Program-made: the position numbers and the translations under genes
Assembly (NCBI RefSeq): GCF_963921235.1
Contig: NC_086108.1
Location: forward strand, 91,328,001-91,392,000
Length of the DNA: 64,000 nt
Direction of reading: 5' to 3'
Origin: Mobula hypostoma
Taxonomy: Eukaryota
Shown here: piece by piece, positions 12,100-25,469 of the stretch
Numbering within the stretch: position 1 is the first letter of the stretch
How the letters are laid out: each line of letters starts with the position of its first letter
Notes under the pieces: generated by a model
Told to the model about the DNA's origin: nothing
Database searches by the model: none
The model's input: the letters and a program-made list of their open reading frames with translations, nothing else

Positions 12100-15000
12100 T
12101 TTCAGTTATATGCCAGTTAACCTGACTTCAGTGTTAGGGAAGATGTTGGAGTCCATTATTAAGGTTAAGATTTTGGGGTAGTTGGAGGTACATGATAAAA
12201 TAGACCAAAAGTCAGCATGATTTCAGTACTCTCAAATCTGTTAGAATTCTTTGAGGAAATAACAGGCAGGATAAACAAAGAGTCAATCGATATTGTTTAT
12301 TTGGATTTTCAGAAGGCCTTTGACAAGGTGCCACACATGAGGCTGCTTAACAAGATAAGAGCCCATGGTGTTACAGGAAAGGCACTGGCATGGTTAGAAG
12401 ACTAGCTGAATGGTAGGAGCTAAAGAGTGGAAATAAAGGAGACCTTTTCTGCTTGGCTTCAGGTGACTAGTGTCGCAGAAGTTGGTGTTGGGAGTTCATC
12501 TTTTCACATAGTATGTCAATGATTCGGATAATGTATTAAATGGCTTAGAGGCCAAGTTTGCGAAGTATACAAAGATAAATGGAGGGGCAGATAGTGTTAA
12601 AAAAGGAAGAAGTTTGCAGAAGAACTTAAATAGATTGGGAAATTAGGCAAAAAAGTGGCAGATGGACTATAGTTTAGATAAGTGTATAGTCAAGCGCTTT
12701 GGTAGAAAAAATAAAGGCGTAGACTATTTTATAAATGGGGAATTCAAAAATCAGAGATGCCAAGGGACTTTGGAGTCCTCATGCAGGATTCCCTAAAGGT
12801 TAACTTGCAGATTGAGTTAATGGTAAGGAATGCAAATGCAATGTTAGTATGCATTTCAAGAGGATAAGAATATAAGAGCAAGAATGTCATGCTGAGGCTT
12901 TATAAGGCATTGATCAGACCACACTTGGAGTATTGCGAGAAGTTTTTGAATGCTTATCTCAGAAAAGATCTGCTGGCATTGGGAAGGATCCAGGGGAGGC
13001 TCAGGAGAATGTTTCCAAGAATGAAACGGTTAACATATGAGGAGTGTTCAAATGCTTGGGTCTGTACTCACTGGAGTTTAAAAGAATGAGGGGGGAATCT
13101 CAATGAGCCCTATTGAATGTTGAAAGGCCTAGATAGTGTTAATGTGGGGAATGTGGGAGCAAATTTGTAAGGAGATTCCAGATATTTGTAATAAGCACAA
13201 GGTTGTGTGTGGGAGATTTTAATTTTCCACACAAAGACTGGGAAGCGCATTCTGTAAAAAGGCTGGATGGTTTGGAGTTTGTCAAATGTATGCAAGATAG
13301 ATTTTTGCAGCAATACATAGAGGTACCAACTAGAGAAGGGGCAGTGTTGGATCTCCTGTTAGGGAATGAGATAGGGCAGGTGATGGAGGTATGTGTTGGG
13401 GAGCACTTCGGGTCCAGTGATCACAATACCATTAGTTTCAATATAATTATGCAGAAGGATAGGACTGGAACCAGGGTTGAGATTTTTGATTGGAGAATGG
13501 CTAAATTTGAGGAGATGCGAAAGGATTTAGAAGGAGTGGATTGGGACAATTTGTTTCATGGGAAGAATGTAATAGAGAAATGGAGGTCATTTAAAGGTGA
13601 AATTTTGAGGGTACAGGATCTTTATGTTCCTGTTAGGTTGAAAGGAAAGGTTAAAAGTTTGAGAGAGCCATGATTTTCAAGGGATATTGGAAACTTGGTT
13701 CGGAAAAAGAAAGGGATCTACAATAAATATAGGCAGCATGGAGTTAATGAGGTGCTTGAGGAATATAAAGAATGTAAAAAGAATCTTAAGAAAGGAATTA
13801 GAAAAGCTAAAAGAAGATATGAGGCTGCTTTGGCAAGTAAGGTGAAAATAAATCCAAAGGATTTCTACAGTTATATTAATAGCAAAAGGATAGTGAGGGA
13901 TAAAACTGGTCCCTTAGAGAATCAGAGTGGATGGCTATGTGCAGAGCCAAAAGAGATGGGGGAGATTTTGAACAATTTCTTTTCTTCGGTATTCACTAAG
14001 GAGAAGGATATTGAATTGTGTAAGGTAAGGGAAACAAGAAGGGTAGTTATGGAAAGTATGATGATTAAAGAAGAGGAAGTACTGGTGCTTTTAAGGAATA
14101 TAAAAATGGATAAGTCTCCAGGTCTGGTCAAGATATTCCCTAGGTCCTTGAGGGAAGTTAGTGTGGAAATAGCAGGGGCTCTGACAGAAATATTTCAAAT
14201 GTCATTAGAAACAGGGATGGTGCCGGAGAATTGGCATATTGCTCATGTTGTTCCATTGTTTAAAAAGGGTTCTAAGAGTAAACCTAACAATTATTGGCCT
14301 GTAAGTTTGACTTCAGTGGTGGGTAAATTGATAGAAAGTATTCTTAGAGATGGTATATATAATTATCTGGATAGACAGGATCTGATTAGGAACAGTCAAC
14401 ATGGATTTGTGCATGGAAGGTCATGTTTGACAAATCTTATTGAATTTTTTGATGAGGTTACTAGGAAAGTTGACAAGGGTAAAGCGGTGGATGTTGTCTA
14501 TATGGTCTTCAGTAAGGCCTTTGACAAGGTTCCACACGGAAGGTTAGTTAGGAAGGTTCAGTCGTTAGGCATTAATATCAAAGTAGTAAAATGGATTCAG
14601 CAGCGGCTGGATGGGAGACCACAGAGATTAGTGGTGGATAACTGTGTGTCAGATTGGAGGACAGTGTGGACCGGTGTGCCTCAGGGATCTGTACTGGGTC
14701 CAGTATAGTTTGTCATATATATTAATGATCTGAATGATGGGGTGGTAAATTGGATTAGTAAGTATGCAGATGATACTAAGAGAGGTGGCGTTGTGGATAA
14801 TGAAGTAGGTTTTCAAAGCTTGCAGAGAGATTTAGGCCAGTTAGAAGAGTGGCCTGAGAGATGGCAGATGGAGTTTAATGCTGATAGATGTGAGGTGCTA
14901 CATTTTGGTAGGACTAATTAAAATAGGACATACATGGTAAATGGTAGGGCATTGAAGAATGCTGTAGAACAGAGGGATCTAGGAATAATGGTGCATAGTT

Positions 15001-15972
15001 CCCTGAAGGTGGAATCTCATGTGGATAGGGTGGTGAAGAAAGCTTTTGGTATGCTGGCCTTTATTAATCAGAGCATTGAGTATAGGAGTTGGGATGTAAT
15101 GTTGAAATTGTATAAGGCATTGGTGAGGCCAAATTTGGAGTATTGTGTACAGTTCTGGTCACCAAATTATGGAAAGATGTCAATAAAATTGAGAGAGTAC
15201 AGAGGAGATTTGCTAAAATGTTACCTGGGTTTCATCTCCTAAGTTACAGAGAAAGGTTGAACAAGTTAGGTCTTTATTCTTTGGAGCATAGAAGGTTGAG
15301 GGGGGACTTAACAGAGGTGTTGAGGAGATAGATAGAGTTGACGTGGATAGGCTTTTTCCATTGAGAATAGGGGATATTCACACAAGAGGACATGAGTTGA
15401 GAATTAAAGGGCAGAAGTTTAGGGGTAACACGAGGGGGAACTTCTTTACTCAGAGAGTGGTAGCTGTGTGGAACGAGCTTCCAGCAGAAGTGGTTGAGGC
15501 AGGTTCGATGTTGTCATTTAAAGTTAAATTGGATAGATATATGGACAGGAAAGGAATGGAGGGTTATGGGCTGAGTGCAGGTCGGTGGGCCTAGGTGAGA
15601 GTAAGAGTTTGGCATGGACTAGAAGGGCCGAGATGGCCTGTTTCCATGCTGTAATTGTTATATAGCTATATGGTTAAGTCTCAGAACCTCAGAATAGAGG
15701 AATATCCATTTAGAACAGAGATGAGGAGAAATTTCTTTCACCAGGGAGTGTTGAACCTGTAGTATTTGTTGCCACAGACAGCTGTGGAGGCCAAGATATT
15801 GAGTATATTTAAAGCAGAAAGTGATAGGTTCTTGATTAGTCAGTGTCAAATGTTATGGCGAGAAGGCAGCAGAATAGCATTATGGTGGATAATAATCAAC
15901 CATAATGGAATGGTGGAGCAGGCTTGATGGGCTGAGTAGCCCAATTCTGCCCCTATGTCTCATGGTCTTATG
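12100..15972 (+). mobile_element. Older CR1 (12100-13152 plus 15672-15972) split by a younger CR1 insertion
   Basis: [13 protein letters not shown] at 12217-12405 and LYKALIRPHLEYC at 12889-13089. The 3' portion resumes at ~15675 (AGAACAGAGATGAGGAGAAATTTC) and ends in TATGTCTCATGGTCTTATG. Confidence 0.85.
13153..15670 (+). mobile_element. CR1 LINE ORF2 (partial APE endonuclease plus RT), nested
   Basis: ORF 13203-13673 (GDFNFP, LDLLL, SDHN are APE motifs), 13695-14708 (RT), 14934-15242 and 15343-15594, followed by its own 3' tail. Confidence 0.95.
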
Positions 15973-16159
15973 GGCTTATATGATCATCTTCACTTTTCTA
16001 GCCATCCAGACCCATTTATTTACTTCCTCACATTGTGTTATTCCTCTGTCACTTCGACAGCCTCCTTGCTTCTGTGCCCCTCACCATGTCTCTATGTACC
16101 ACCAGCTTCATCCACTCAAAATGCAAAACATGTTGCATAACCTCTTCTGTATATATATC

Positions 16160-17155
16160 TTGCATTCATCCAGTGCTTTTTTTAAAACAGGATTACACCA
16201 AAGCGGGTTACAGCTAGTGAAATACTTCTTTAATATGGTGACCGTCGTAATGTAGGTAATACAACAACCAGTTTACAGACATGAAGCTCCCAGAAATGGT
16301 AACCAGGTAATATGTCTTGGTGCTGTCAGTTAAAGGATAGATTTTGGGCAGAATACTAGGGAGAATATTCCTACATTCTTCCAATTGTGTCAGGGGAGGC
16401 CTCGGTTTAATGTCTCAGACTCAGATACAGGTATTTTTTATTACATGTATATAAAAACATACAGTGAAATGCATCATTTGTGTTAACAACCAACACAAGG
16501 ATGTGCTGGGGCAACCTTCAAGTGTTGCTATACCAACGGAGCATGCCCACTGTGCCTGGCATACCACGAGACAATGGACAGCATAACAAGCCCCACCTGA
16601 ACACATACATGTGCACCCGCACACATAAGGCAACGGACAGCATCTCTAATAGCGGAACGCCCCCTCAGCTCCTTTCTAAGGTAGGCCCTCAGAGCTAAGG
16701 ATAATTTGCTTCCACTTCCATGAATTCTGAGGTGGCTGCTGAGGCTGAAGTGGGATCTTCAGAGTTAACTACAGGAGGGACAGCTTGCACTGGAAGAAGC
16801 AGGTCAGTGGCTAGTTTGGCAGATGGTCTGCACCTTTTCTTTATTATTTTTTGAAATGGGGATTCCTATGCTGCTGCCAAAGAGGCTCATAGTTCATAGT
16901 GGCCTCCTGGATGCTCCATTCCATATTAATCTGTGACAGGTCTGGGATTACTATACTATAAATGGATGAGGATGTTACAGTTCACTCAAGGATGCTTTAA
17001 GAATGCACTTAAAACGGTTTCTCTTTCTCCTGGTAATCTCTTGGAATGACTGAGAGCTGTTTCCGCCCCATCAGCAAAGCACTGAGTATTAGCTTGGAGT
17101 TTGTGCTCTGGACAGGATTGAACTGCAAACTTCTGAATCAGAGGGAAAAGTGCAC
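16160..17155 (-). mobile_element. Deu-domain SINE (SacSINE1/AmnSINE1-like) fragmented by younger inserts
   Basis: AGGATAGATTTTGGGCAGAATACTAGGGAGAATATTCC...GGGGAGGCCTCGGTTTAATGTCTCA (16333-16417) resembles the reverse complement of the Deu domain. It continues at ~16630-16670 and ~17065-17155, with a SINE tail (16420-16560) and an RTE-like piece (16680-17050) in between. Confidence 0.6.
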
Positions 17156-17509
17156 TTCATGCAGCAAATGTTTAGGCCTAAGTTATTAACATTATAATAT
17201 AATGTCTCATATTAGTTACAGCTTTCCAGTAACATCAATGTTAATTGTGAAACTACGTGAAATGACAAATTATAGTTTGATTGGTGACGTACAAGTACAG
17301 TTTTTGAATTTTTTTCTGATTAAAAAGGAAAGATTTGCTTGACAGTGCAAGCCAATTATTCATTCCAGACTAGTGAGAAAAGGGTGGACTAAAGGAATGG
17401 AATGTTTACAAGTCAGTTGGTGTCCCACAGAAATTTTCACTGCAACTGTATAAAATGGAGTTCTTCTAAAATTTGTGTTATTCCAATCTTGACCATTTTC
17501 TAATTTCAA

Positions 17510-17960
17510 GTCCAAATTTCAAAATAAACTTATTATCAAAGTATGTATAGCATGTCACCAGATACTACCCTGAGATTCATTGTCTTGCAAGCATCCAAAT
17601 AGAACGAAGAAATACAATAGAATCTATGAAAAACTACAGACAAAGACTGACCATGTGCAAAAGAAGACAATCTGTGTAAATACAAATAATAATAATGATA
17701 AATAAGTAAAAAATAATAACACTGAGAACATGACTTGTAAATTCCTTGGAAGTGAGTACATAGGTTGAGTGGAATCAGTTCAGTGTTGAGGTGAGTGAAG
17801 GTACCCATGCCAGTTCAGGAGCCTAAGGATTGAAGGGTAATAACTGTTCCGGAAGTTGATGGTGTGGGACCCAAGACTCCTGTACCTCCTTCCTGATGAC
17901 AGCAGTGAGAAGAGAGTGTGGCCAGAATAGTGGGTGTCCTTGATGATGGATGCTCCTTTC
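17510..17960 (-). mobile_element. Rex1/Babar-type LINE 3' end
   Basis: Minus strand encodes SIIKDTHYSGHTLFSLLSSGRRYRSL; the 3' UTR has AATCTCAGGGTAGTAT..AATAAGTTTATTTTGAA. Related tails at ~8080-8385 and 51130-51420. Confidence 0.75.
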
Positions 17961-20900
17961 TCATAAGACTATAAGATATAGGAGCAGAAGTAAGCCATTT
18001 GGTCCATCAAGTCTGCTCTGCCATTCAATCATGGGTTGATCCAATTCTTCCAGTCATCCCCACTCCCCTGCCTTCTCCCCATACCCCTTGATGCCCTGGC
18101 GAAACAAGAACCCACTATCTCTGCCTTAAATTCACCCAATGACTTGGCCTCCACAGCCATTCATGGCAACAAATTCCACAGATTTACCACCGTCTGACTA
18201 AAGTAGTTCCTCTGCATCTCTGTTCTAAATGGACGTCCTTCAATACTGAAGTTGTGTCCTCGTGTCCTAGGCTCCCATACCATGGGAAATAACTTTGCCA
18301 TATCTAATCTGTTAACATTCTGAATGTTTCTATGAGATCCCCCTCATTCTCTCCTGAACTCCAGGGAATACAGCCCAAGAGCTGCCAGATGTTCCTCATT
18401 CTGTAACCCTTTCATTCCTGGAATCATTCTCATGACTCTTCTCTGAACCCTCTCCAATGTCAGTATATCCTTTTTAAAATAAGGAGCCAAACTACACTCA
18501 ATACTCCAAGTGTGGACTCACGAGTGCCTTATAGAGCTTCAACATCACATCCCTGCTCTTATATTCTATACCTCTAGAAATGAATGCCAACATTGCATTC
18601 ACCTTCTGCACCACCGACTCAAACTGGAAGGTTAACCTCTAGGGTATCCTGCACAAGGACTCCTAAGTCCCTTTGCAGCTCTGCATTTTGAATTCTCTCC
18701 TCATCTAAATAATAGACTGCTCATTTATTTCTTCCACCAAAGTGCATGACCATACACTTTCCAACATTGTACTTCATTTGCCACTTCTTTGCCCATTCAA
18801 ACTATGTAAGTCTCTCTGCAGGCTCTTTGTTTCCTCAGCACTACCAGCTCCTCCACCTATCTCTGTATCACTGGCAAATATAGCCACAAATCCATTAATC
18901 CCATAGTCCAAATCATTGACATACATCGTAAAAAGCAGCGGTCCCAACACCGACCCCTGTGGAACTCCACTGGTACCAGCAACCAGCCAGAATAGGATCC
19001 CTTTATTCCCACTCTCTGTTTTCTGCTGACCAGCCAATGCTCCACCCACGTTAGTAACTCCCCTGTAATTCCATGGGCTCTTATCCCGCTAAGCAGCCTC
19101 ATTTACGGCACCTGGTCAAAGGCCTTCTGAAAATCCAAGTTCATCATATCTACTGCATCTCCTTTGTCTACCCTGTTTGTAATTTCCTCAAATAATTGGA
19201 GCAGATTTGTCAGGTAGGATTTTTCTTTCAGGAAACCATGCTGGCTCTGGTCTATCTTGTCATGTGCCTCCAGGTACCCCGTAATCTCATCCCTAACAAT
19301 CGATTCCAACAACTTCCCAACCACTGATGTCAGGTTAACAGGTCTATAGTTTCCTTCCTGCTGTCTCTCACCCTTCTTAAATAGTGGAGTAACATTTGCA
19401 ATTTTCTAGTTATCCGCTACAATGCCAGAATCTATCGATTCTTGAAAGATCTTTGTCTCCAGTGTTCGCAATCTCTCCAGTTACTTCCTTCAGAGCCCGA
19501 TGGTGCATTCCATCAGGTCCAGGAGATTTATCCACCCTCAGACCATTAAGCTTCCTGAGCACCTTCTCAGTCGTAATTTTCACTGCATGTACTTTACTTC
19601 CCTGATACTCTTCAATGTCTGGTATACTGCAGATGTCTTCCACTGTGAAGCCTGATGCAAAATATGCATTCAGTTCCTCTGTCATCTCTGTATCTCTCAT
19701 TACAATATCTCCAGCATCATTTTCTATTGGTCCTATATCTACGCTTGACTCTCTTTTACCCTTTATATACTTTAAAAAATGCTTTTAGTATCTCCTTTTA
19801 TATTAGTTGCCAGCTTCCTTTTGTAATTCATCTTTTCCTTCCTAATGACCTTCTTAGTTTCCTTCTGCAAGTTTTAAAAAATTTCCCAATCCTCTATCTT
19901 CTCACTAGCTTTCGCTTCCTTGTATGCTCTGGCTTTTGGTTTTACTTTGGATCTGACTTCACTTGTCAGCCATGGTAGTGTTGTTCTTCCATTCAAAAAT
20001 TTCTTCTTATTTGGAATATATCTGTCTTGCACTTCCCTCATTTTTCACAGAAAGTCCAGCCATTGCTGCTCTGCTGTCCTTCTTGCTAGTGTCTCTTTCC
20101 AGTCAACTTGGGCCAGTTCCCCTCTCATGCCATTGTAATTTCATTTATTCCACTAAAATACTGACACATTGGAATTTAGTTTCTCCTTCTCAAATTTCAA
20201 AGTGAACTCGATCATATTGTGATCACTGTTCCCTAAGGGTTACTTAATCGTAAGCTCTCTTATTACCTCTGGATCATTGCACAACACCTAATCCAGCACA
20301 GCTGATCCCCTAGTGGGCTCAACAACAAGCTGTTCTAAAAAGCCATCCCTTCGACATTCTCCAAATTCACTCTTGAGGTCCAGTACTGGCCTGGTTTTCC
20401 CAATCCACCTTCATGTTAAAATCCCCAATGATTATCACGACATTACCCTTCTGACACGACCTTTCTGTCTCCTGCTGTAATTTGTAATCCACATCTCGGC
20501 TGCTGTTTGGAGGCCTGTATACAATTGCCATTAGGATCCTTTTCCCCTTGCCATTTCTTAACTCAACCCATAGAGACTCTACACCTTCCGATTCTATATC
20601 ATCCCTTTCTAATGATTTAATATTAATTTATACACACAGAGCCACACCACCTCCTCTGCCTACCAACCTATCTTTTCGATACACGGTATATCCTTGGACG
20701 TTCAGCTCCCAATGGCAGCCTTCCTTTAGCCAAGTTTCAGAGATGACCACAATATCATACTTGCCAATCTGTAGCTGAATTCCAAGATCGTCCATTTTAT
20801 TTCTTGTGCTGCGTGCATTCAAGTATAACACTTTCAATCCAGTATTTGTTGCTTTCTGTTGTAAATCATCCCATTGACTGTGATTATGCCTCATCTCCTG

Positions 20901-22045
20901 TCTGTCCTTTCTATCATCTCTGTTGCATGCTATCTTTGATTTATTTCTGTTCTCCCCTTTTTCAGCCCTATCATTCTGGTTCCCATCCCCCTGCCAAATT
21001 AGTTTAAACCCTCCCTAACAGCTTGATTAGCCTGCCTGCTAGGACATTTGACCCCTTTGGGTTCAGGTGTAACCCATCCTTTTGTACAGGTCGTACCTCT
21101 TCCAGAAGAGGCCTAATGATCTAATGAAGCCCTGCCCCTTACACCAATCACTCTGCCATGCATTAATATGCCTGATCATGCTATTCTTGCGCTTGTTAGC
21201 ACGTGGCACAGGCATCAGTCCTGAGATTACTACCCTGGAGGTCCTGCTTTTCAGCTTCCTACCCAACTCCCTGAATTCTCTCTTCAGGACCTCCTTCCTT
21301 TTTCTACCTATGTCATTGGTGCCAACATGTACCAAAACTTCTGACTGTTCACCCTCTCCCTTCAGAATACTCAGCACCTGACTCATGACATCCCATACCC
21401 TGGCACCTGGGAGGCAACACACCATGCAGGTATCTCTCTCAGGCTGACAGAACCTCCTGTCTGTTCCCCTCACTATGGAATCCCCTATGACTACCACATT
21501 CTTCATCTTCTTCTCTCCCTTCTGCACCACAAAACCAGGCTCAGCACCAGAGACTCAATCACTGTGGTCTTCCTCTGTCAGGTCACCCCGTCAACAGCAT
21601 CCAAAAACGAGATAACAATTAGTGAGGGGGATGGCCACAGGGATACTCTCTACTATCTGAGCTCTTCCTTTCCCTTCCCTGACGGTCACCCCAGGAGTTG
21701 TCTAACTCCTGCGGCCTTGGAGTGACTAACTCCTTGTAGCTCCTATCTATCTCCTGCTCACTTTGCCTAATAAGCTGTAGGTGATTAAGGATTAGCTGCA
21801 GATCACTAACACAGTCTCTGAGGAGCTGCATCTCGCTGTACCTGGCGCCGATGTGGCCACCTGGGAGACTGGAAGATTCCCAGGATTCCCACATCTGACA
21901 CCCAGAGCAAAGTACTAACCCTACAGACATGCTGTCTATTCCTCAAAAAAAATGCAAGGAAAAAACGTGTCCACTTACCTCGCTGAAGCCTGAATGAGCC
22001 AAAGCCTTACCACTCTGACTCAGACCACTCCATTGACCATTGCTC
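17961..22045 (-). mobile_element. Near full-length but disrupted CR1 LINE (ORF1 plus ORF2)
   Basis: ORF1 has an N-terminal CSGCQMW zinc-finger-like motif (21619-21930) and an SGNH esterase (VVIGDSIVRG..LPGARV..HVGTND, 21063-21530). ORF2 has APE (YLNARS..ISETWL, 20628-20894) and RT (19103-19324, 18774-19049). Tail at ~17961. Confidence 0.95.
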
Positions 22046-22261
22046 TTTTGATGACCGCTCCGCTAGTTAGTGTCTTCCTTTTATGCCTGAACCTTCCCTG
22101 CTCTCCAACTCACGATTGGTGCTCTGGGGCTTTGGGGCTCTAACGTTTTTCTGATGCTCATTCTTTCTAGGTTCTTCTGTTTTTTTTTGTGGATGTCTGC
22201 GAAAACCAAGTGTTTCAGATTGTACACATTCTCTGATAATAAATGGAACCATTTGAACTGT

Positions 22262-22503
22262 GCATCTATCAAGGCTTGTCAAAGTTTTAGATGACATGAC
22301 AGACTTCTGCAAACTTCTAACAAAGTACAGGGACTGTTGTGCTTTCTTTGTAATGCCGCTTGCATGCTAGCCCAGAAACAGATCCTTTGATATGATCGTG
22401 CCAAGGAATTTAAAGCTGCTGATCCTCTCCACTTGCAATCCCCCAATGAGGGCTGGCCCATGAACTTCTGGTTTCTTCTTCCTGTAGTCAATAATCACAT
22501 ATT
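22262..22503 (-). mobile_element. Rex1/Babar LINE C-terminal fragment
   Basis: IIDYRKKKPEVHGPALIGGLQVERISSFKFLG in ORF 22367-22810. Confidence 0.8.
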
Positions 22504-22833
22504 TTAATGGAAGCTTAAGTTCGCTTTGCTTATCGCTTAATGGTGACCAAATTGAATTCCAGCCAGAGCAAACAATGGCAAGGATGTCTGTGTTGATTTC
22601 CAACAGAGAATGTTTGTTACATATTATAATAGTGTGGGAAGCTTTTGTCCACAAGGCAGTAGACAAATGGACCCTGGGATCCACTAATAAGCCTAGACAA
22701 AGACAGAGAATGCTGGAGGCACTCAGTGGGAAAGACTCACTTTTTCCCTCTAAATGTAGCTTCACCTGGTGAGTACGTCCAGCGTTTCCAGTTTCAGCTT
22801 TGGACTTCAAGCATTTGCAGTGTTTTCGGCTCT

Positions 22834-23691
22834 ACATAGAAACATAGAAACATAGAAACATAGAAACATAGAAAATAGGTGCAGGAGTAGGCCATTCGGC
22901 CCTTCGAGCCTGCACCGCCATTTATTATGATCATGGCTGATCATCCAACTCAGAACCCCGCCCCAGCCTTCCCTCCATACCCCCTGACCCCCGTAGCCAC
23001 AAGGGCCGTATCTAACTCCCTCTTAAATATAGCCAATGAACTGGCCTCAACTGTTTCCTGTGGCAGAGAATTCCACAGATTCACCACTCTCTGTGTGAAG
23101 AAGTTTTTCCTAATCTCGGTCCTAAAAGGCTTCCCCTCTATCCTCAAACTGTGGCCCCTCGTTCTGGACTTCCCCAACATCGGGAACAATCTTCCTGCAT
23201 CTAGCCTGTCCAATCCCTTTAGGGTCTTATACGTTTCAATCAGATCCCCCCTCAATCTTCTAAATTCCAACGAGTACAAGCCCAGTTCATCCAGTCTTTC
23301 TTCATATGAAAGTCCTGCCATCCCAGGAATCAATCTGGTGAACCTTCTTTGTACTCCCTCTATGGCAAGGATGTCTTTCCTCAGATTAGGGGACCAAAAC
23401 TGCACACAATACTCCAGGTGTGGTCTCACCAAGGCCTTGTACAACTGCAGTAGTACCTCCCTGCTCCTGTACTCGAATCCTCTCGCTATAAATGCCAGCA
23501 TACCATTCGCCTTTTTCACCGCCTGCTGTACCTGCATGCCCACTTTCAATGACTGGTGTATAATGACACCCAGGTCTCGTTGCACCTCCCCTTTTCCTAA
23601 TCGGCCACCATTCAGATAATAATCTGTTTTCCTATTTTTGCCACCAAAGTGGATAACTTCACATTTATCCACATTAAATTGCATCTGCCAT
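22834..23691 (-). mobile_element. Very young 5'-truncated CR1 with an uninterrupted ORF2 C-terminus
   Basis: ORF 22950-23684 has no stops; (ACATAGAA)n tail at 22835-22873; near-identical inverted copy of ~3495-4329. Confidence 0.97.
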
Positions 23692-24788
23692 GATAAACCT
23701 TAGTTTGCAAAAGCAACAAGGGAACCAGTTAAAACTAAAAGGACAACATGGCAAATAGTGCAGGTTTGTGTGCCTTCCAGTAGCTAACTACACACCCAGA
23801 TTTTCAGCAAAGAAGTGTGAGTCTTAGAAAGCCAGCAAATGAAGAACATTGTGCTTCTGTTCCAGATGAGAGAGCGAGAAAGCTGTGGTTGCTCAGACAG
23901 AGTAAGATAAGGTCATGGCTGGTGCTTTTCCTTCGATGGAGATCTGAATCAAATATTGACACAAACAATCTTTACAGTTGCAAGTAGCACTGAAGCTACT
24001 AATGCAGGGTTTTGGGCAGACTAAGATGAATGTTGTAAATAAAAGGCCTCAAGATTCTGCCTATGTGAAATCATGTTTGAATGTGTCACTGTGAATAATT
24101 CATGTTTGAGCTGTGTTTGGTGCCATTTTCTATACCGATGGCAGTTCAAGTGATTTGCAAACTTGACGTTGTTGTTGGATGTGAAAATATTTGTACGCAA
24201 ATAGACAAATGTCATCTGTTTTGTATACTGTATATTTTGTACATTGTAATTTTTGGTTTTGTATACTTTGCATGTTATTTAGTAAGATTCTTTGTGGGTT
24301 CACAATCTCAGAGTGTGTCTTTGCAGCTGGAAAACTCCCTCCTGTGTTACTGACCCATGAATGTTCTAACCAAAGAAAGTGTTCTGTTTTTACGTTCATT
24401 AAATATTTAAATTTCTATGGTGAGTCTTTAAAGAAATTATGTACTAAAGTTTAAAGACTGAACATTTAACTTGCAGAACGACATGTGTTCTTCGGGTTTG
24501 CTTCCTTTCATTTTCAATAATTATTTGTTTAAATGATAGACGACCAGATATGTTGACTGATAATGGAGAAGAAACATGGAAGTTATAGTGGGTGACTTTA
24601 ATTTCTCCCAAAGTAACATCCTTAGTATCAATACACCCAAGAAGTTTTCTAGACACATTTTGGGGAAGGGGCCATACTAGACTTTGTATTGGAAGTGACC
24701 TACCCGAGTGAATATAGTTTCAATGGGAGAACATTTTGGGAACTGCGATCATAACTCAGTAAGTTAAGGATATAGACAAGACTGGACT

Positions 24789-25292
24789 ACACCCACTTTA
24801 TTAGGTACTCTCTGTCCCTAATAAAGTGATTACTGAGTGTATTTCTGTATGTTCATGGTCTTATACTGCTGTACCCCTATCTACTTTAAGGAGATATGCA
24901 CACCACTGTTGTAGTGCATAGTTATTTGAATTACTTTCGCCTTCCTTCAGCTTCAACTAGTCTCGATGTTCTCTTCTGACCTCACTCATTAACAAGACAT
25001 TTTGGCCAACTGAACTGCTGCCTTCTGCATGTATTTTGATTTCGAATCTCAGAAGATCAGCAGTATCTGAGTTACTCAAACCATTCCATCTGGCACCAAA
25101 AAATAATCTACAATCATAGTCACTTAGATCACATTTCTTCCCCATTCTGACGATTGCTCTGCATGCCAACTGAGCTGCTTGACCATATCTGCATGCTTTT
25201 ATGCACTGAGTAGCTGCCACATGATCGGCTGATTAGATATTTGCATTAACAAGTAAGTGTACAGGTATACCTAATAAAGTGGCTACTATAAG
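24789..25292 (-). mobile_element. Non-autonomous Tc1-like DNA transposon
   Basis: Inverted ends CACTTTATTAGGTA / TACCTAATAAAGTG; ORF 24957-25220 contains MGKKCDLSDYDCRLFFGARWNGLSNSDTADLL, a Tc1 N-terminal HTH remnant. Confidence 0.8.
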
Positions 25293-25469
25293 TAGGAGAT
25301 GGTGCTAAATTGAGGAAAAGATTATTACAAGAAGAATCTCAGCCCAAAGCTTTGACTGTTTACTCATTTCCATGAACACTGCCTAGCCTGCTGAGTTTCT
25401 CCAGCATCTTGTGTGTGTTGCTTGGATTTCCAACATCTGCTGATTTTCTCCTGTTTGCAGTAGTATATT

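Noticed and set aside
21063..21530. SGNH/GDSL esterase as a host gene
   Set aside because: It is the known esterase domain of CR1 ORF1, collinear with ORF2.
22835..22873. (ACATAGAA)n direct repeats as a CRISPR-like array
   Set aside because: There are no spacers; this is the microsatellite tail of the adjacent CR1.
22927..23619. 230-aa plus-strand ORF (also 11495-12181, 3156-3497, 21082-21381)
   Set aside because: These are antisense shadows of CR1 coding sequence.
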